The translations under genes and the position numbers were made by a program. 64,000 nucleotides of DNA from positions 160,001 through 224,000 of the forward strand of contig CAVXGR010000024.1 of assembly GCA_963761335.1 (NCBI GenBank), read 5' to 3'. Below the pieces are notes generated by a model, which saw only the letters and a list, made by a program, of their open reading frames with translations, was not told the origin of the DNA and searched no databases. This DNA comes from an uncultured delta proteobacterium (GTDB lineage Bacteria > Desulfobacterota > Binatia > HRBIN30 > BPIQ01). Positions within the stretch are counted from its first letter, which is position 1. Every line of letters starts with the position of its first letter. Positions 1-16,021 of this stretch are shown one piece after another.

Positions 1-1012
<1,012 letters not shown>

Positions 1013-1020
<8 letters not shown>

Positions 1021-2692
1021 GGGCGACGGGCAGTGCCGCGATCTCTCCCTGACACTGGCAGGGAAGCTCGATGCGGAAGGTCGTTCCTTTGCCGACCTGA
1101 CTGTGGACGTGGATGTCGCCGCGGAAGCGTTTCACCACGCTGTGCACCACCGAGAGCCCGAGGCCGGTGCCCTGCCCGGGGGCCTTGGTGGTGAAGAAGG
1201 GATTGAAGATGTCCCGCAGGTGATCCTCGGGAATGCCGATGCCGGTGTCCCTGAACTCGAGCAGCACCCGGTTGTCGGGAAGCGTCGCGGTGCGCAGGCG
1301 CAGCTCGCCGCCGTTGGGCATCGCCTGCACGGCGTTGGTGATCAGGTTGAGAAGAATCTGCCGCAGGGCATTGGTGTTGGCCATGCAGCTGGGGAGCGTG
1401 CCGAAATCAGTGAGCACGCGCACGTCGTTGTTCTGCAGCGACTTGTTCATCAGCTGCAGGGTGCGGCGCAGGAGCTCGTTGATGTCCACCGCCTCGAGCT
1501 CGGCGCGGGACTCGCGCGAGAACTCGAGCAGCGTGTCGATGATCGCCTGCACCCGCGCCATCTCCTCCTTGGCGATCTGCAGGTCCTCGGAAACGTCGGC
1601 ACTCTTGGCGTCGATGATCTCCCCGAGATCGTAGAGGGCGTTCATGATGATGCCGAGGGGATTGCGGATCTCGTGGGCGATGCCGGCCGCCAGCTGGCCG
1701 ATCGCGGCCATCTTCTCCGATTGAATCAGCTGGCTTTCCAGGCGCTTGCGCTCGGAGATGTCGATGCAGATCGCCTGCAGGAAGCGGTGCGATCCGAACT
1801 CGATGCGTCCGGCGTTGAAGAACATCGGCACCAGGTCGCCGCGGCGGTTCATCAGATTGAGGTCGTCGCGGTTGGCGTGCCCGCGGTGCCGCGCCTCCTC
1901 GAAGAGCTTCTCGACGCGGGGCCGGGCGCTTCCCGGCAACAGGTCCCAGATGCGCATGCCGAGGAGCTCGTCGCGGGTGTAGCCCAGGACCTTCTCGGCG
2001 ATCAGGCTGGCGTAGAGGATCGAGCCGTCGTCGTAGTCGAGCTCGAAGATCGCCGCCGGCGCATGGTCGATCGAGCGGCGGTAGCTCGCCTCGTGCTCGC
2101 GCAGCTCCTCCTCTCGGCCCTCGACGAAGAAGTCGGTGATGTGCAGGATGCGCTCCTGAAACTCCTGCTGCAGCAACGCCAGCAGCGCGTCGCGCTTGTC
2201 CGGATCTCCGGCGTGAACGGCGCGCAGGTGATCGGCAATGATGGCGCGCATCTTCATCTGCGTGGCCAGGAAGCGGGAGGGCGGGAAATGCGAGATGAAG
2301 CCGTGGCGGGCGTGGCTGCGAATGTAGGCGTAGGTCTCGGCGTCGTCCGGGTTCTCGATGTGGCGAATCCAGCGCTCGGTGGCGTCGTGAATGGCGCTGC
2401 GCAGGGAGCCGAGCTCGGCGTCGCGGATGACGAAGGCCTCGGAGATCTGCTCAACCCACTGATCGACCGTACGCGCCAGACGAGCCCGCATGAACTCGGC
2501 GAGCTCGCGCCGGAGCTCGCTGGCGTGCCGCGGGTGCGGAAGGAGGGCACAGCCGCGCATGTAGGCCTCGATGCGCTTCAGGTGCTCCTGGAGTGACTCG
2601 TCCGGCGTCGGCTTGATGGCGAGATCGGGGCGCTCGCCGTCGCCGCCGCGCTTGCTGCCCGAGGAGAGCGGTACTCCGTAACGGTCTTCCAT
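1013..2692 (-). CDS. Sensor histidine kinase: globin-fold-like N-domain, PAS, HisKA, HATPase
   Basis: [22 protein letters not shown]-box, NLITNA N-box, [20 protein letters not shown]. No TM helix apparent. Confidence 0.92.
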
Positions 2693-2809
2693 GCTGGCTC
2701 ACTGTCCGATTGCGACCGATGGTGCCAGAATGGCGCGGAATCGCAAGAGATTGGCGGGCCCGACGCGGCGTCTACTCTGCCGGTCGTCCGATCTGCTATA
2801 GGGAGCTGC

Positions 2810-4819
<2,010 letters not shown>

Positions 4820-4834
4820 GCGAAGAGCGGGGAA

Positions 4835-6118
4835 ATGGCAGATCAACTGATCGTCCGCGGAGGCCGCCGGCTGCGCGGCACGGTGTCGGTGGCGGGGAAC
4901 AAGAACGCTGCCGGGCCGGTGCTCGCCGCGGCGCTGCTCACCGACGCGCCGCTGCGCCTGGGGAACATTCCCGAGATCGGCGACGTGCAGGTGTTCATCG
5001 GCCTGCTTCGGCAGCTCGGGGTCGAGGTCGAGCGCCACGGCGAGCACGGCTGGGCGGTGTCGGCGGCGCGCGCCTCGAGCACGCGCGTCGACCCGCATCT
5101 CGGCCGCAAGGTACGCATGTCTCTGCTGCTCGCCGGGCCGGTGCTGGCGCGGCTCGGCCGCGCCGAGCTGCCGCCGCCGGGAGGGGACGTCATCGGCCGG
5201 CGCCGCATCGACACCCATCTGCTGGCCCTGCGCGCCCTCGGGGCCAAGGTGGAGAGCGGCCGCGACGGCTACCTGCTGAGCGCCAGCCGCCTGCGGGGCG
5301 CCGAGATCCTGCTCGACGAGATGAGCGTCACCGCGACCGAGAACGCCGTCATGGCCGCGACCCTCGCCGAGGGCTCGACGGTCATCCGCAACGCCGCTTC
5401 GGAGCCGCACGTGCAGGATCTCTGCACTCTTCTCAACGCCATGGGGGCGCGCATCAGCGGCATCGGCACCAATCAGCTGGTGATCGACGGCGTGTCGTCG
5501 CTGCACGGGGCCGAGTTCCGCATCGGTCCGGACTATCTCGAGGTGGGCAGCTTCATCGGCCTGGCCGCCGTCACCCGCAGCGCCCTGCGCATCGCCGACT
5601 GCCGCCCCGCGGAGCACGGCATGAGCCGCATCATGTTCAACCGCCTGGGTATCGACTGGCACGTGGACGGCGAGGACATCGTCGTCCCCGAAAGTCAGGC
5701 TCTGGAGGTGCTCGAGGACGACGGTCACGCCGTGCCGAAGATCGACGATGCCCCCTGGCCCGGGTTTCCGGCGGACCTGATCAGCATCGCCACGGTGGCC
5801 GCGACCCAGACGAGGGGATCGGTGCTCATCCACGAGAAGCTCTACGAGAGTCGGCTGTATTTCGTCGACCGCCTGATCTCGATGGGCGCCCGCATCGTCC
5901 TCTGCGACCCGCACCGCGCCGTGGTCATCGGCCCCGCCCAGCTCTACGGCCAGAATCTGGTGAGCCCCGATATCCGTGCCGGCATGGCCCTTCTCATCGC
6001 CGCCCTCTGCGCCGAGGGCGAGAGCGTCATCCAGAACGTCGATCAGATCGATCGCGGATACGAGCGCATCGAGAGCCGCTTCCTGGCGCTCGGCGCCGAC
6101 ATCCGCCGGGCGGAGTAG
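4835..6118 (+). CDS. murA: UDP-N-acetylglucosamine 1-carboxyvinyltransferase (Asp variant)
   Basis: [44 protein letters not shown]. Confidence 0.96.
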   Translation: MADQLIVRGGRRLRGTVSVAGNKNAAGPVLAAALLTDAPLRLGNIPEIGDVQVFIGLLRQLGVEVERHGEHGWAVSAARASSTRVDPHLGRKVRMSLLLAGPVLARLGRAELPPPGGDVIGRRRIDTHLLALRALGAKVESGRDGYLLSASRLRGAEILLDEMSVTATENAVMAATLAEGSTVIRNAASEPHVQDLCTLLNAMGARISGIGTNQLVIDGVSSLHGAEFRIGPDYLEVGSFIGLAAVTRSALRIADCRPAEHGMSRIMFNRLGIDWHVDGEDIVVPESQALEVLEDDGHAVPKIDDAPWPGFPADLISIATVAATQTRGSVLIHEKLYESRLYFVDRLISMGARIVLCDPHRAVVIGPAQLYGQNLVSPDIRAGMALLIAALCAEGESVIQNVDQIDRGYERIESRFLALGADIRRAE

Positions 6119-6127
6119 GACAGGGCG

Positions 6128-7540
6128 GTGGCCGACGCCTTCAGCGACTCCGTGCGTGGCACCATCCTGCGGGAGCGAATGGTGCCCCCCGGCGCCCGTG
6201 TGCTGGTGGCGCTCTCGGGCGGGCCGGACTCGGTCGCCTTGCTGGCGGCTCTCGTCGAGCTGCGCCAGGCGCTGGCCGCGTCGGTCACCGCGGCGCATCT
6301 CAATCACCGGCTGCGCGGGGCCGCCGCCGATGCCGACGAGCGGCTCGCCGTCGAGGTGGCGTCGCACCTGGGGGTCGGCCTCCGCCTCGAGCGCCTGCCG
6401 GCGGGGGCGCTGGAGCACTCCGCGGGCGGGCTCGAGCAGGCGGCCCGAAGGGCGCGCTATGGCTTCCTGCACGCCGCCGCAGCGGCAGAGGGCTGCGGGC
6501 GCATCGCCACCGGCCACACGCGCGACGATCAGGCCGAGACCGTTCTTCTGCGGCTGCTGCGCGGCAGCGGTCCGACGGGTCTCTCGGGCATCCGCGCCGT
6601 GCGCGGCGACGGCGTGGTACGACCGCTGATCGATGTCGGCCGGCAGGAGGTGCTCGCCTATCTCGAGCGGCGGCGGCTGCCCTTCGCGCGCGATGCCTCC
6701 AACCAGGATCCTCGCTTCACGCGCAACCGCATCCGCCTCGAGCTGCTGCCGCTGATGCGCAGGTTCAATCCGCGCGTCGCCGAGCAGCTCGCTGCCCTCG
6801 GGCGCGATCTCGGCGCTCGGGCGGAGACCGAGACGGAGCTGGCGGCGGAGCTGGCGCGGCGGTGCAGCGATCCCGAGGGGGGCCTGGCGCTCAGCGGCCT
6901 CGGCGAGCTGCCACCGGCGGCACGTCGCGCCGTGCTGCGCGCCTGGCTGCAGCAGCGCCGCGGCGGACTGCGGCGGCTCGGCCGGCGCCACCTGCAAGCG
7001 GCGGCGGCCTGCGCGCACAGCGGCAGGCGTCTGGCGTTGCCGGGGGGCGAGGTGCTGGGCAACGAGCACGGCATTCTGCGCCTGTCGTTACTTGCCGAGG
7101 AGATGCCGGACGACGCCATCGAGCTGAACCAGGGGCAGGAAGTCTCCTTCCGCGGTCGCTGGCGTCTTCGCGCCGCCGAGATCTGCGGCCGCGGCGATCA
7201 CCGGCTTCCCGCGGCTCTCTCGGAGGCGGCGTTCGACGCCGATCAGCTGGAGCTGCCGCTGCGGGTTCGCCGCTGGAGAGCCGGAGACCGCATCCAGCCC
7301 TTGGGAATGGCCGGCCACCGCAAGCTCGCGGACATCTTCGTCGACCGCAAGGTGCCGCGTTCGCAGCGGCACTGGCTGCCGCTGGTGGAGTCGGCGGGAG
7401 AGATCGTCTGGGTGCCGGGAGTGGTGCGCAGCGCCCGGGCAACCATCAGCCCAGACACCTTGCGCCTCCTGCGTCTGGAGGCGGTGCGCAGCACGGCTTC
7501 GGGATCGCAGGCTCCCGATTCGGGGAGTCCGGCGGCGTAG
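6128..7540 (+). CDS. tilS: tRNA(Ile)-lysidine synthetase
   Basis: SGGPDS PP-loop, GHTRDDQAETVL, RNRIR, TilS C-terminal domain. Confidence 0.95.
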   Translation: MADAFSDSVRGTILRERMVPPGARVLVALSGGPDSVALLAALVELRQALAASVTAAHLNHRLRGAAADADERLAVEVASHLGVGLRLERLPAGALEHSAGGLEQAARRARYGFLHAAAAAEGCGRIATGHTRDDQAETVLLRLLRGSGPTGLSGIRAVRGDGVVRPLIDVGRQEVLAYLERRRLPFARDASNQDPRFTRNRIRLELLPLMRRFNPRVAEQLAALGRDLGARAETETELAAELARRCSDPEGGLALSGLGELPPAARRAVLRAWLQQRRGGLRRLGRRHLQAAAACAHSGRRLALPGGEVLGNEHGILRLSLLAEEMPDDAIELNQGQEVSFRGRWRLRAAEICGRGDHRLPAALSEAAFDADQLELPLRVRRWRAGDRIQPLGMAGHRKLADIFVDRKVPRSQRHWLPLVESAGEIVWVPGVVRSARATISPDTLRLLRLEAVRSTASGSQAPDSGSPAA

Positions 7541-7578
7541 AAAGATGAGCGCTGCGGCGCTCGACGAGGAGGACGGAC

Positions 7579-7986
7579 ATGAAACGAGTTGCCAGAGGAA
7601 TCCTGTTGGTCCTGGTCAGCGCCGCGCTGCCCGGGCTCGCCTATGCGCAGAAGGGCCCCTGCGCGGCCGACGTCGCCAAGCTGTGCGCCGGCGTGGAGCG
7701 GGGCCAGGGCCACGTCCGTCAATGTCTGCTGGCGCACCAGAGCGAGCTCTCGAAGGAATGCCAGGATCGCTTGGGGGCAGTGGAGGCCCAGAGAGCGCAG
7801 AAGCAGATGAAGATGGGGCTGGGAACCCCCGGGGCCGGCCAGCCGCCGCGCGGGCTGATCGAGTGCCGGCAGGATGTCCGCCAGCACTGCTCCGGGGTGC
7901 GCCGCGGCGGCGGGCGTATTCTGCAGTGCCTGCACGAGCACGAGGCCGAGCTCTCCGAGGGCTGCCGCAAGGCTCTCGGCAAGTGA
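7579..7986 (+). CDS. Secreted protein with two Cys-rich repeats (GLG1/Cys-rich-CWC-like)
   Basis: Signal peptide ending AYA. Two repeats C-x2-D-x3-C...CL-x2-H-x2-ELS-x2-C. RBS GAGGAGG. Confidence 0.75.
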   Translation: MKRVARGILLVLVSAALPGLAYAQKGPCAADVAKLCAGVERGQGHVRQCLLAHQSELSKECQDRLGAVEAQRAQKQMKMGLGTPGAGQPPRGLIECRQDVRQHCSGVRRGGGRILQCLHEHEAELSEGCRKALGK

Positions 7987-8076
7987 GCCGGCGCTCGCTT
8001 CGGCGTGCCTGCCAGAGGATGATCACGGCGCCTCGGACCGCGCCGCCGGGGCGAGTGAATTATGCCGCAAACGGCG

Positions 8077-8105
8077 TTGCCGCGCTAATTGGCATGTGTT
8101 ACGCT
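8077..8105 (+). promoter_or_regulatory. Putative sigma70 promoter of ftsH
   Basis: TTGCCG-N17-TACGCT with extended -10 TG. Confidence 0.35.
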
Positions 8106-8137
8106 TGCATCGGATTTTTGTCAGACTCGAGGAGAAG

Positions 8138-9979
<1,842 letters not shown>

Positions 9980-10158
9980 ACGGGTGTGACGGCGGCTTAG
10001 GGTTCCCTTTTCGGAACCGTTCTGACGATCATGCGGGGTGGCGGCCGGCGCCGCCGTTACCCCGCGCGGCGAGGGCGCGGTGGACCGCCGGGGTCGGCCG
10101 CGCCGGTTCGTTCTGCCGAGGCGGCGCCGAGGGCAGGGAAGAGGTGGGGCGGTAGGGC

Positions 10159-10905
10159 ATGGTCGATCTGTTCGCCAATTTTCGACTTCAGGACGTCGTC
10201 GACATTGCGATCATCGCCTTCATCATCTACCGCATCATCGACCTGATCCGCGGTACGCGCGCCGTCCAGATGCTCGCTGGTCTGGCGGTCGTCTTTCTCA
10301 TCTATTTCGCCTCCAAGACCTTCGAGCTGTACGCGCTCAACTGGATTCTCGACAACTTCCTCAGCTCCGTGTTGCTGGTGATCGTCGTCATCTTCCAGAA
10401 CGACATCCGCCGCGCCCTCGCCCAGGTCGGCAGCGGTCCTTTCTTCAGCCGCGAGAACCGCATGCAGACCCAGGATCTGGAGGAGATCACCAAGGCCAGC
10501 GTCACCCTCGCCAGCAAGCACATCGGTGGGCTCATCGTCTTCGAGCGGGACGTGGGCCTGAGCGAGTACATCGAGATCGGCACGCGGCTCGACGCCCGCG
10601 TCAGCAAGGAGCTGGTGAACAGCATCTTCATCCCCAGCTCGCCGATCCATGACGGCGCCCTCATCCTGCAGAAGGGCCGCATCACCGCCGCCGGCTGCTT
10701 CCTGCCACTGACCACAAACCCGCACGTGAGCAAGACGCTCGGCACCCGCCACCGCGCCGCCATCGGCCTCACCGAGGAGACCGACGCCGTTGCCATCGTC
10801 GTATCGGAGGAAGAGGGGAAGATCTCCCTCGTCCGCGAGGGGAGGATCACCCGCGACCTCGACGCCGGCACGCTGCGCACGACCTTGCAGCAGCTTCTCG
10901 GATGA
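10159..10905 (+). CDS. cdaA: Diadenylate cyclase CdaA
   Basis: Three N-terminal TM helices, HDGA and GTRHRAA catalytic motifs. Confidence 0.95.
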   Translation: MVDLFANFRLQDVVDIAIIAFIIYRIIDLIRGTRAVQMLAGLAVVFLIYFASKTFELYALNWILDNFLSSVLLVIVVIFQNDIRRALAQVGSGPFFSRENRMQTQDLEEITKASVTLASKHIGGLIVFERDVGLSEYIEIGTRLDARVSKELVNSIFIPSSPIHDGALILQKGRITAAGCFLPLTTNPHVSKTLGTRHRAAIGLTEETDAVAIVVSEEEGKISLVREGRITRDLDAGTLRTTLQQLLG

Positions 10906-11903
10906 GCCGCCGGCCGACAGAGGGGGGAACCGTGCGGCGCGCCTGGCAGCGCATCCGGCCGCTGCTCTGGGATCCGCCGCGCTGGCGCGCCGCGGTGCGC
11001 CGCAACCTGCTCCTCAAGGTCCTCTCCGTGCTCGCCGCCTTCTGCTTGTGGCTCTTCGTCAACGGCGGCGCTCGCGAGATGGAGCTGTCGCTGCAGGTGC
11101 CGCTGGAGCTGCGCAACATCCCCGCCAGCATGATGCTCATCAGCCCGCGCGTCGACTTCGTCGATGTCGTCGTCGCCGGCCCGCGGACCATTCTCGGCCG
11201 CATCGACCGCGGGCGACTGCTCATCCCTCTCGATCTCTCCGGCATGCGCCCCGGTCCCGCCGTCTTTCGCATCGGGGCCGAGTCGATCAATCTGCCGCGC
11301 GGCGTGAAGATCGCCCGCATCAACCCGAGCCAGGTGACCCTGGAGCTTGCCCGCATCGGCCGCAAGACCGTGCCCGTGCGCCTGGACCTCGAAGCGGGGC
11401 CGTCCGACGACCTGACGATCGCCTCGAGCAAGCTGGCCCCACAGCTGGTGGAGGTCGTCGGTCCGGCGAGCGATCTCTCCTCGATCGACCACGTCTCCAC
11501 CGAGCCGGTGACTGTGTCGGCGACCGAGCCGGGTCCGGTGCAGCTCGAGGTCGGCTTGCAGAGCCCCGGCGACTACTTCTCCCTGAGTGCCGAGCGTGCG
11601 GCCGTGGAGATCCGTCTCGAGGATCAGATGACGACTCGCGAGTTCCAGCAGAAGGTCGAGGTGCGCGACGCCGCCGCCCGATATACCCTCTCGCCGAAGG
11701 AGGTCCGCCTCACGCTGCGCGGTCCGAAGCGGATCCTGGAGCACCTTGAGCTCGATGCCGGGGCGGTCTATATCGACGCCTCAAAGGAAGGGCCCGGGAC
11801 GCACCTGGTGACTCCGAGCGTCGAGCTCCCGCGGGGCGTGGAGGTGACGGCGCAGGCTCCGGAGCGACTCCGCCTGCAGATCCGCAAGGAACGATCGCGC
11901 TGA
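10902..11903 (+). CDS. cdaR: CdaR/YbbR-domain regulator
   Basis: NLLLKVLS...LWLFV anchor, repeated YbbR-like beta domains, position between cdaA and glmM. Confidence 0.85.
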   Translation: MSRRPTEGGTVRRAWQRIRPLLWDPPRWRAAVRRNLLLKVLSVLAAFCLWLFVNGGAREMELSLQVPLELRNIPASMMLISPRVDFVDVVVAGPRTILGRIDRGRLLIPLDLSGMRPGPAVFRIGAESINLPRGVKIARINPSQVTLELARIGRKTVPVRLDLEAGPSDDLTIASSKLAPQLVEVVGPASDLSSIDHVSTEPVTVSATEPGPVQLEVGLQSPGDYFSLSAERAAVEIRLEDQMTTREFQQKVEVRDAAARYTLSPKEVRLTLRGPKRILEHLELDAGAVYIDASKEGPGTHLVTPSVELPRGVEVTAQAPERLRLQIRKERSR

Positions 11904-13276
11904 TGAGCTCACCCGCATCCCCGCAACCGCGCCGCCTGTTCGGCACGGACGGCATCCGCGGCCTCGCCAATCAGGAGCCGATGACCTCCGATATGGCCTT
12001 GCAGCTCGGCCGCGCCGTGGCGCGGGTCTTCCGCAGCCACGACGGCCGGCCGCGGCTGGTGATCGGCAAGGACACCCGGCTGTCCGGCTACATGCTGGAG
12101 AGCGCCCTCACCTCCGGGATCTGCTCGATGGGGGCCGACGCCTTGCTCGTCGGACCGATGCCGACGCCGGGGATCGCCTTTCTCACCCGCGGCCTGCGCG
12201 CCGATGCCGGCGTGGTGATCTCGGCGTCGCACAATCCTTTTCAGGACAACGGCATCAAGTTCTTCTCGCGCAGCGGCTTCAAGCTCCCCGACGATCTCGA
12301 GCTGCAGATCGAGAAGCTGGTACTCGACGGTGGCCTCTCCGCGTCGCGGCCCACCGGTGCCGGCATCGGCCGGGCGATGCGCATCGACGACGCCCTCGGC
12401 CGCTACAATGTCTTCGTGAAGAACGCCTTTCCGCGCCACGCCACTCTCGAGGGGCTGCGGGTCGTCGTCGACTGCGCCAACGGCGCCGCCTATCGCATCG
12501 GCCCCGAGGTCCTCGAGGAGCTCGGCGCCGAGGTCACGGCCCTCGGCGTCGATCCCGACGGCCGCAACATCAACGCCGGCTGCGGCGCCCTGCATCCGGA
12601 GGCCCTGTGCCGCACGGTGGTGGAGAGCGGCGCCGATATCGGCATTGCCTTCGACGGCGATGCCGATCGCGCCCTGTTCGTCGACGAGACCGGCGCTCTG
12701 GTGGACGGCGACGAGACCATGGCGATGCTGGCCCTCGACCTGCATCGCCGCGGCTTCCTGAAGCAGGCGACGGTGGTGAGCACGGTGATGAGCAATCTCG
12801 GCCTGCAGCTGGCTCTCGAAGAGCACGGCATCGAGCTGCGCCGCACGCCGGTGGGCGATCGCTACGTGGTCGACGAGATGCTGCGCGGCGACTGCGTTCT
12901 CGGCGGCGAGCAATCCGGTCACATCGTGCAGCTCGACCACACGACCACCGGCGACGGCATGATCACCGCCATGGGCGTGCTGCGCCTCATGGTCGAGACC
13001 GAGCAGCCCCTGAGCCGCCTCAAGCAGGTGATGACGAAGATGCCGCAGGTGCTGCTCAACGTGCGTGTCGGCCGCCGCTGCGCCCTCGAGTCGGTGCCGC
13101 CCGTGGCGCGCCTCATTTCCCGCGTCGAGGAGGAGCTCGGCCCGCGGGCGCGGGTGCTGGTGCGCTACTCGGGGACTGAGCCGCTGCTGCGGGTGATGGT
13201 CGAAGGCGAGAGCGCCGAGCGGATCACCGCCGCCGCCGAGGAGATTGCCGCAGCCGCTCGCAGCCATCTCGCATGA
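11903..13276 (+). CDS. glmM: Phosphoglucosamine mutase
   Basis: [36 protein letters not shown]. Confidence 0.97.
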   Translation: MSSPASPQPRRLFGTDGIRGLANQEPMTSDMALQLGRAVARVFRSHDGRPRLVIGKDTRLSGYMLESALTSGICSMGADALLVGPMPTPGIAFLTRGLRADAGVVISASHNPFQDNGIKFFSRSGFKLPDDLELQIEKLVLDGGLSASRPTGAGIGRAMRIDDALGRYNVFVKNAFPRHATLEGLRVVVDCANGAAYRIGPEVLEELGAEVTALGVDPDGRNINAGCGALHPEALCRTVVESGADIGIAFDGDADRALFVDETGALVDGDETMAMLALDLHRRGFLKQATVVSTVMSNLGLQLALEEHGIELRRTPVGDRYVVDEMLRGDCVLGGEQSGHIVQLDHTTTGDGMITAMGVLRLMVETEQPLSRLKQVMTKMPQVLLNVRVGRRCALESVPPVARLISRVEEELGPRARVLVRYSGTEPLLRVMVEGESAERITAAAEEIAAAARSHLA

Positions 13277-13995
13277 TTCACCTCGGCGTCAACATCGACC
13301 ACGTGGCCACCGTGCGCCAGGCGCGCCACACGACCTATCCCGACATCGTCGCCGCGGCGGCCGCCGCCGAGCGCGGCGGCGCCGACGGTATCACCGTGCA
13401 CCTCCGCGAGGATCGCCGTCACATTCAGGATGCCGACGTGGAGTCTCTGCGCGCCGCGCTGACCACCAAGCTCAATCTGGAGATGGCGGCCACCGCAGAG
13501 ATGGTGGCCAAGGCATGCGCGGTGCTGCCGCGGGACGCTTGCCTGGTGCCCGAGCGCCGCCAGGAGCTGACCACCGAGGGAGGCCTCGACGTCGCTGGAC
13601 AGATGGAGGCGGTGGGCGCGGCGGTGGAGACGCTGCGCTGCGCCGGCATTCGCGTGAGCCTCTTCATCGATCCGGAGGAGCGGCAGATCGAGGCGGCGTG
13701 CCTGTGTGGCACCGAGGTCGTCGAGCTGCACACCGGGGCTTACGCCGAGGCGACGGGCGGCGCTCGGGAGAGTGAGCTGGAACGCCTCCGTGCGGCGGTA
13801 GCCGCCGCCTCCGGCGCCGGCCTGATCGTCAACGCCGGACACGGCCTCCACTACCAGAACGTCGGCGCCATTGCGGCGTTGGTGCCGATTCGCGAGCTGA
13901 ACATCGGCCACAGCATCGTGGCCCGCGCCCTGTTCGTCGGCCTGGAAGCGGCGGTGCGCGAGATGAAGGCGGCGATGCGCCTGGCGTCCGGGTGA
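13273..13995 (+). CDS. pdxJ: Pyridoxine 5'-phosphate synthase
   Basis: [38 protein letters not shown]. Confidence 0.97.
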   Translation: MIHLGVNIDHVATVRQARHTTYPDIVAAAAAAERGGADGITVHLREDRRHIQDADVESLRAALTTKLNLEMAATAEMVAKACAVLPRDACLVPERRQELTTEGGLDVAGQMEAVGAAVETLRCAGIRVSLFIDPEERQIEAACLCGTEVVELHTGAYAEATGGARESELERLRAAVAAASGAGLIVNAGHGLHYQNVGAIAALVPIRELNIGHSIVARALFVGLEAAVREMKAAMRLASG

Positions 13996-14010
13996 GCGGC
14001 GGGCGACGGC

Positions 14011-15564
14011 ATGATCCTGGTCTCCGCCGCCGAGATGCGCCGTCTCGATCGGCTCACCATCGAGAAGTACGGGACTCCCGGATACACGCTGATGCAACGC
14101 GCCGGCCGGGGGGCGACCGCACTGCTGCGACAGGTATTCCCCCGCGCCCGGCGGGCCCGCGTGGTGATCTGCGCCGGCCACGGCAACAACGGCGGCGACG
14201 GCTTCGTCATCGGCCGCGAGCTGAAGGCCGCCGGAGCTGCCGTCGAGGTTCACCTGCTGGGTGCCGCAGCCGGCGTCAAAGGCGATGCGGCGCGCGCCCT
14301 TGCCGCCTATCGCCGAGCGCGCGGCAAGATCGTCGAGTGCACTGCGGCGGCGGACTTGAAAGTCCTCGGCGAGCGGCTGACGGGAGCTGCGGTCGCCGTC
14401 GACGCCATCTTCGGCACCGGTCTCAAAGGCGAGGTGAAGGGTATTCCCCGGCAGGCGATCGAGCTTCTCAACGACAGCCAGACACCCGTGTTCGCCGTGG
14501 ACATTCCTTCGGGCCTCGACAGTGATCGCGGCGTGCCACTCGGGGCCGCAGTTCGCGCCCGGGCGACGGCGACCTTCGGCTTCGCCAAGCTGGGACAGGT
14601 CAGCTATCCCGGTGTCGACCTGGTGGGACGCCTGGGAGTGATCGACATCGGCATTGCGCCCCAGGCGGTCGAGGAGGTGCGCCCGGCGGCTCGCCTCCTC
14701 GAGGCGATGGATGCGGCGGCGCTCGTTCCCCGGCGTCAGGCGGCCGCCCACAAGGGCGATGCCGGCCACCTGCTGGTGATCGCCGGCGGCCGCGGCAAGA
14801 CCGGTGCCGCCATGCTGGCGGCGCGCGCCGCGACGCGCGCCGGGGCCGGCCTCGTGACCCTGGCCGGTCCGGCATCCCAGCAGCCGATTCTCGCCGGCGG
14901 CGTTCTGGAGGCGATGACCGAGCTGCTGCCCGACGAGGACGGCCGACTGGGCTTCGACGAGGGCGCCCTGGCGCAGCTATGCGAGGGGCGCGACGCGGTG
15001 GTCTTCGGCCCGGGGGTGGGCACCGGCCCCGGGGCCGACAAGACACTCGCGTGGTTGCTCGACCGGCTCGAGGTTCCGCTCGTTCTCGATGCCGACGGCC
15101 TCAACTGCGCCGCCCGCGACGTCTCGCGCCTCGGCCGTGCCCGCGGCCCGGTGCTGGTCACGCCGCATCCCGGGGAGATGGCGCGCCTGCTGGGCTCCTC
15201 CACGCGCCAGGTGCAGGCGGATCGCCCCGGGAGCGCCCGCGCTCTGGCGGCCGCGCAGCGCTGCACTGTGGTGCTCAAAGGCGCTCGCAGCCTCATCGCC
15301 GGCGCCGACGGCAGCCTCGCCGTCAACCCGACCGGCAATCCCGGGATGGCCTCGGGAGGCATGGGCGACGTCCTCTCGGGAATTCTCGGCGCCCTGCTCG
15401 GGCAGGGGCTCTCGCCGTTCGACGCCGCCTGCCTCGGCGTCTATGCGCACGGCCTGGCCGCCGACCTCGCCACCGAGAGCATCGGCCCGATCGGCATCAT
15501 CGCCTCGGACGTCTTCGAGCACTTCCCCAGAGCGCTGCGCCGCCTTCTCGACGATGTCGCTTGA
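14011..15564 (+). CDS. nnr: Bifunctional NAD(P)HX epimerase/dehydratase
   Basis: GNNGGDG, DAIFGTG, HKGDAG, TPHPGEM, GGMGDVLSG. Confidence 0.95.
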   Translation: MILVSAAEMRRLDRLTIEKYGTPGYTLMQRAGRGATALLRQVFPRARRARVVICAGHGNNGGDGFVIGRELKAAGAAVEVHLLGAAAGVKGDAARALAAYRRARGKIVECTAAADLKVLGERLTGAAVAVDAIFGTGLKGEVKGIPRQAIELLNDSQTPVFAVDIPSGLDSDRGVPLGAAVRARATATFGFAKLGQVSYPGVDLVGRLGVIDIGIAPQAVEEVRPAARLLEAMDAAALVPRRQAAAHKGDAGHLLVIAGGRGKTGAAMLAARAATRAGAGLVTLAGPASQQPILAGGVLEAMTELLPDEDGRLGFDEGALAQLCEGRDAVVFGPGVGTGPGADKTLAWLLDRLEVPLVLDADGLNCAARDVSRLGRARGPVLVTPHPGEMARLLGSSTRQVQADRPGSARALAAAQRCTVVLKGARSLIAGADGSLAVNPTGNPGMASGGMGDVLSGILGALLGQGLSPFDAACLGVYAHGLAADLATESIGPIGIIASDVFEHFPRALRRLLDDVA

Positions 15565-16021
15565 GCTGATCGTCCACAGCGAGGACGAAACGCGCGCTCT
15601 GGGTCGATGCCTGGGTACACTCTTGGCGCCGGGCGATATCGTCGGCCTCTACGGCGAGCTGGGGGCCGGCAAGACCTGTCTGGTGCGCGGTCTGGCGGAG
15701 GGACTCGGGATACTGCCCGAGCGGGTGCGCAGCCCCACCTTCACGCTCATGTCGACCTACCGCGGCGGCCGCCTTCTGCTGCACCACGTCGATCTCTATC
15801 GGCTGTCGCCCTCGGAGGACGACCGCATCGCCCTGCGCGAGGTTCTCTACGGCGACGCCGTCAGCGCCGTCGAGTGGTTCGACCGCTTCGGGGAGGAGAC
15901 CGAGCACCTGCGCATCGAGATCCTCTACGCCGGTGCCCACGAGCGTCGAATCCTCCTGGACGCCGGTGGCGGCCGCTACCATCGCCTGATAGAAGCCGTA
16001 AAAGAGAACCGATGGCGCTGA
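15554..16021 (+). CDS. tsaE: tRNA threonylcarbamoyladenosine biosynthesis ATPase
   Basis: [24 protein letters not shown]. Confidence 0.93.
   Translation: MSLELIVHSEDETRALGRCLGTLLAPGDIVGLYGELGAGKTCLVRGLAEGLGILPERVRSPTFTLMSTYRGGRLLLHHVDLYRLSPSEDDRIALREVLYGDAVSAVEWFDRFGEETEHLRIEILYAGAHERRILLDAGGGRYHRLIEAVKENRWR

Noticed and set aside
2693..2809. LexA box upstream of uvrB
   Set aside because: No SOS-box palindrome that I recognise.
8089..8105. Possible sigma54 site TTGGCATGTGTTACGCT upstream of ftsH
   Set aside because: GG-N10-GC spacing fits but the TTGC element is missing; a sigma70 reading fits as well.
9980..10158. TAGGGTTCC suggesting a ykkC-type riboswitch, or a ydaO riboswitch before cdaA
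   Set aside because: The downstream conserved elements of either class are absent.
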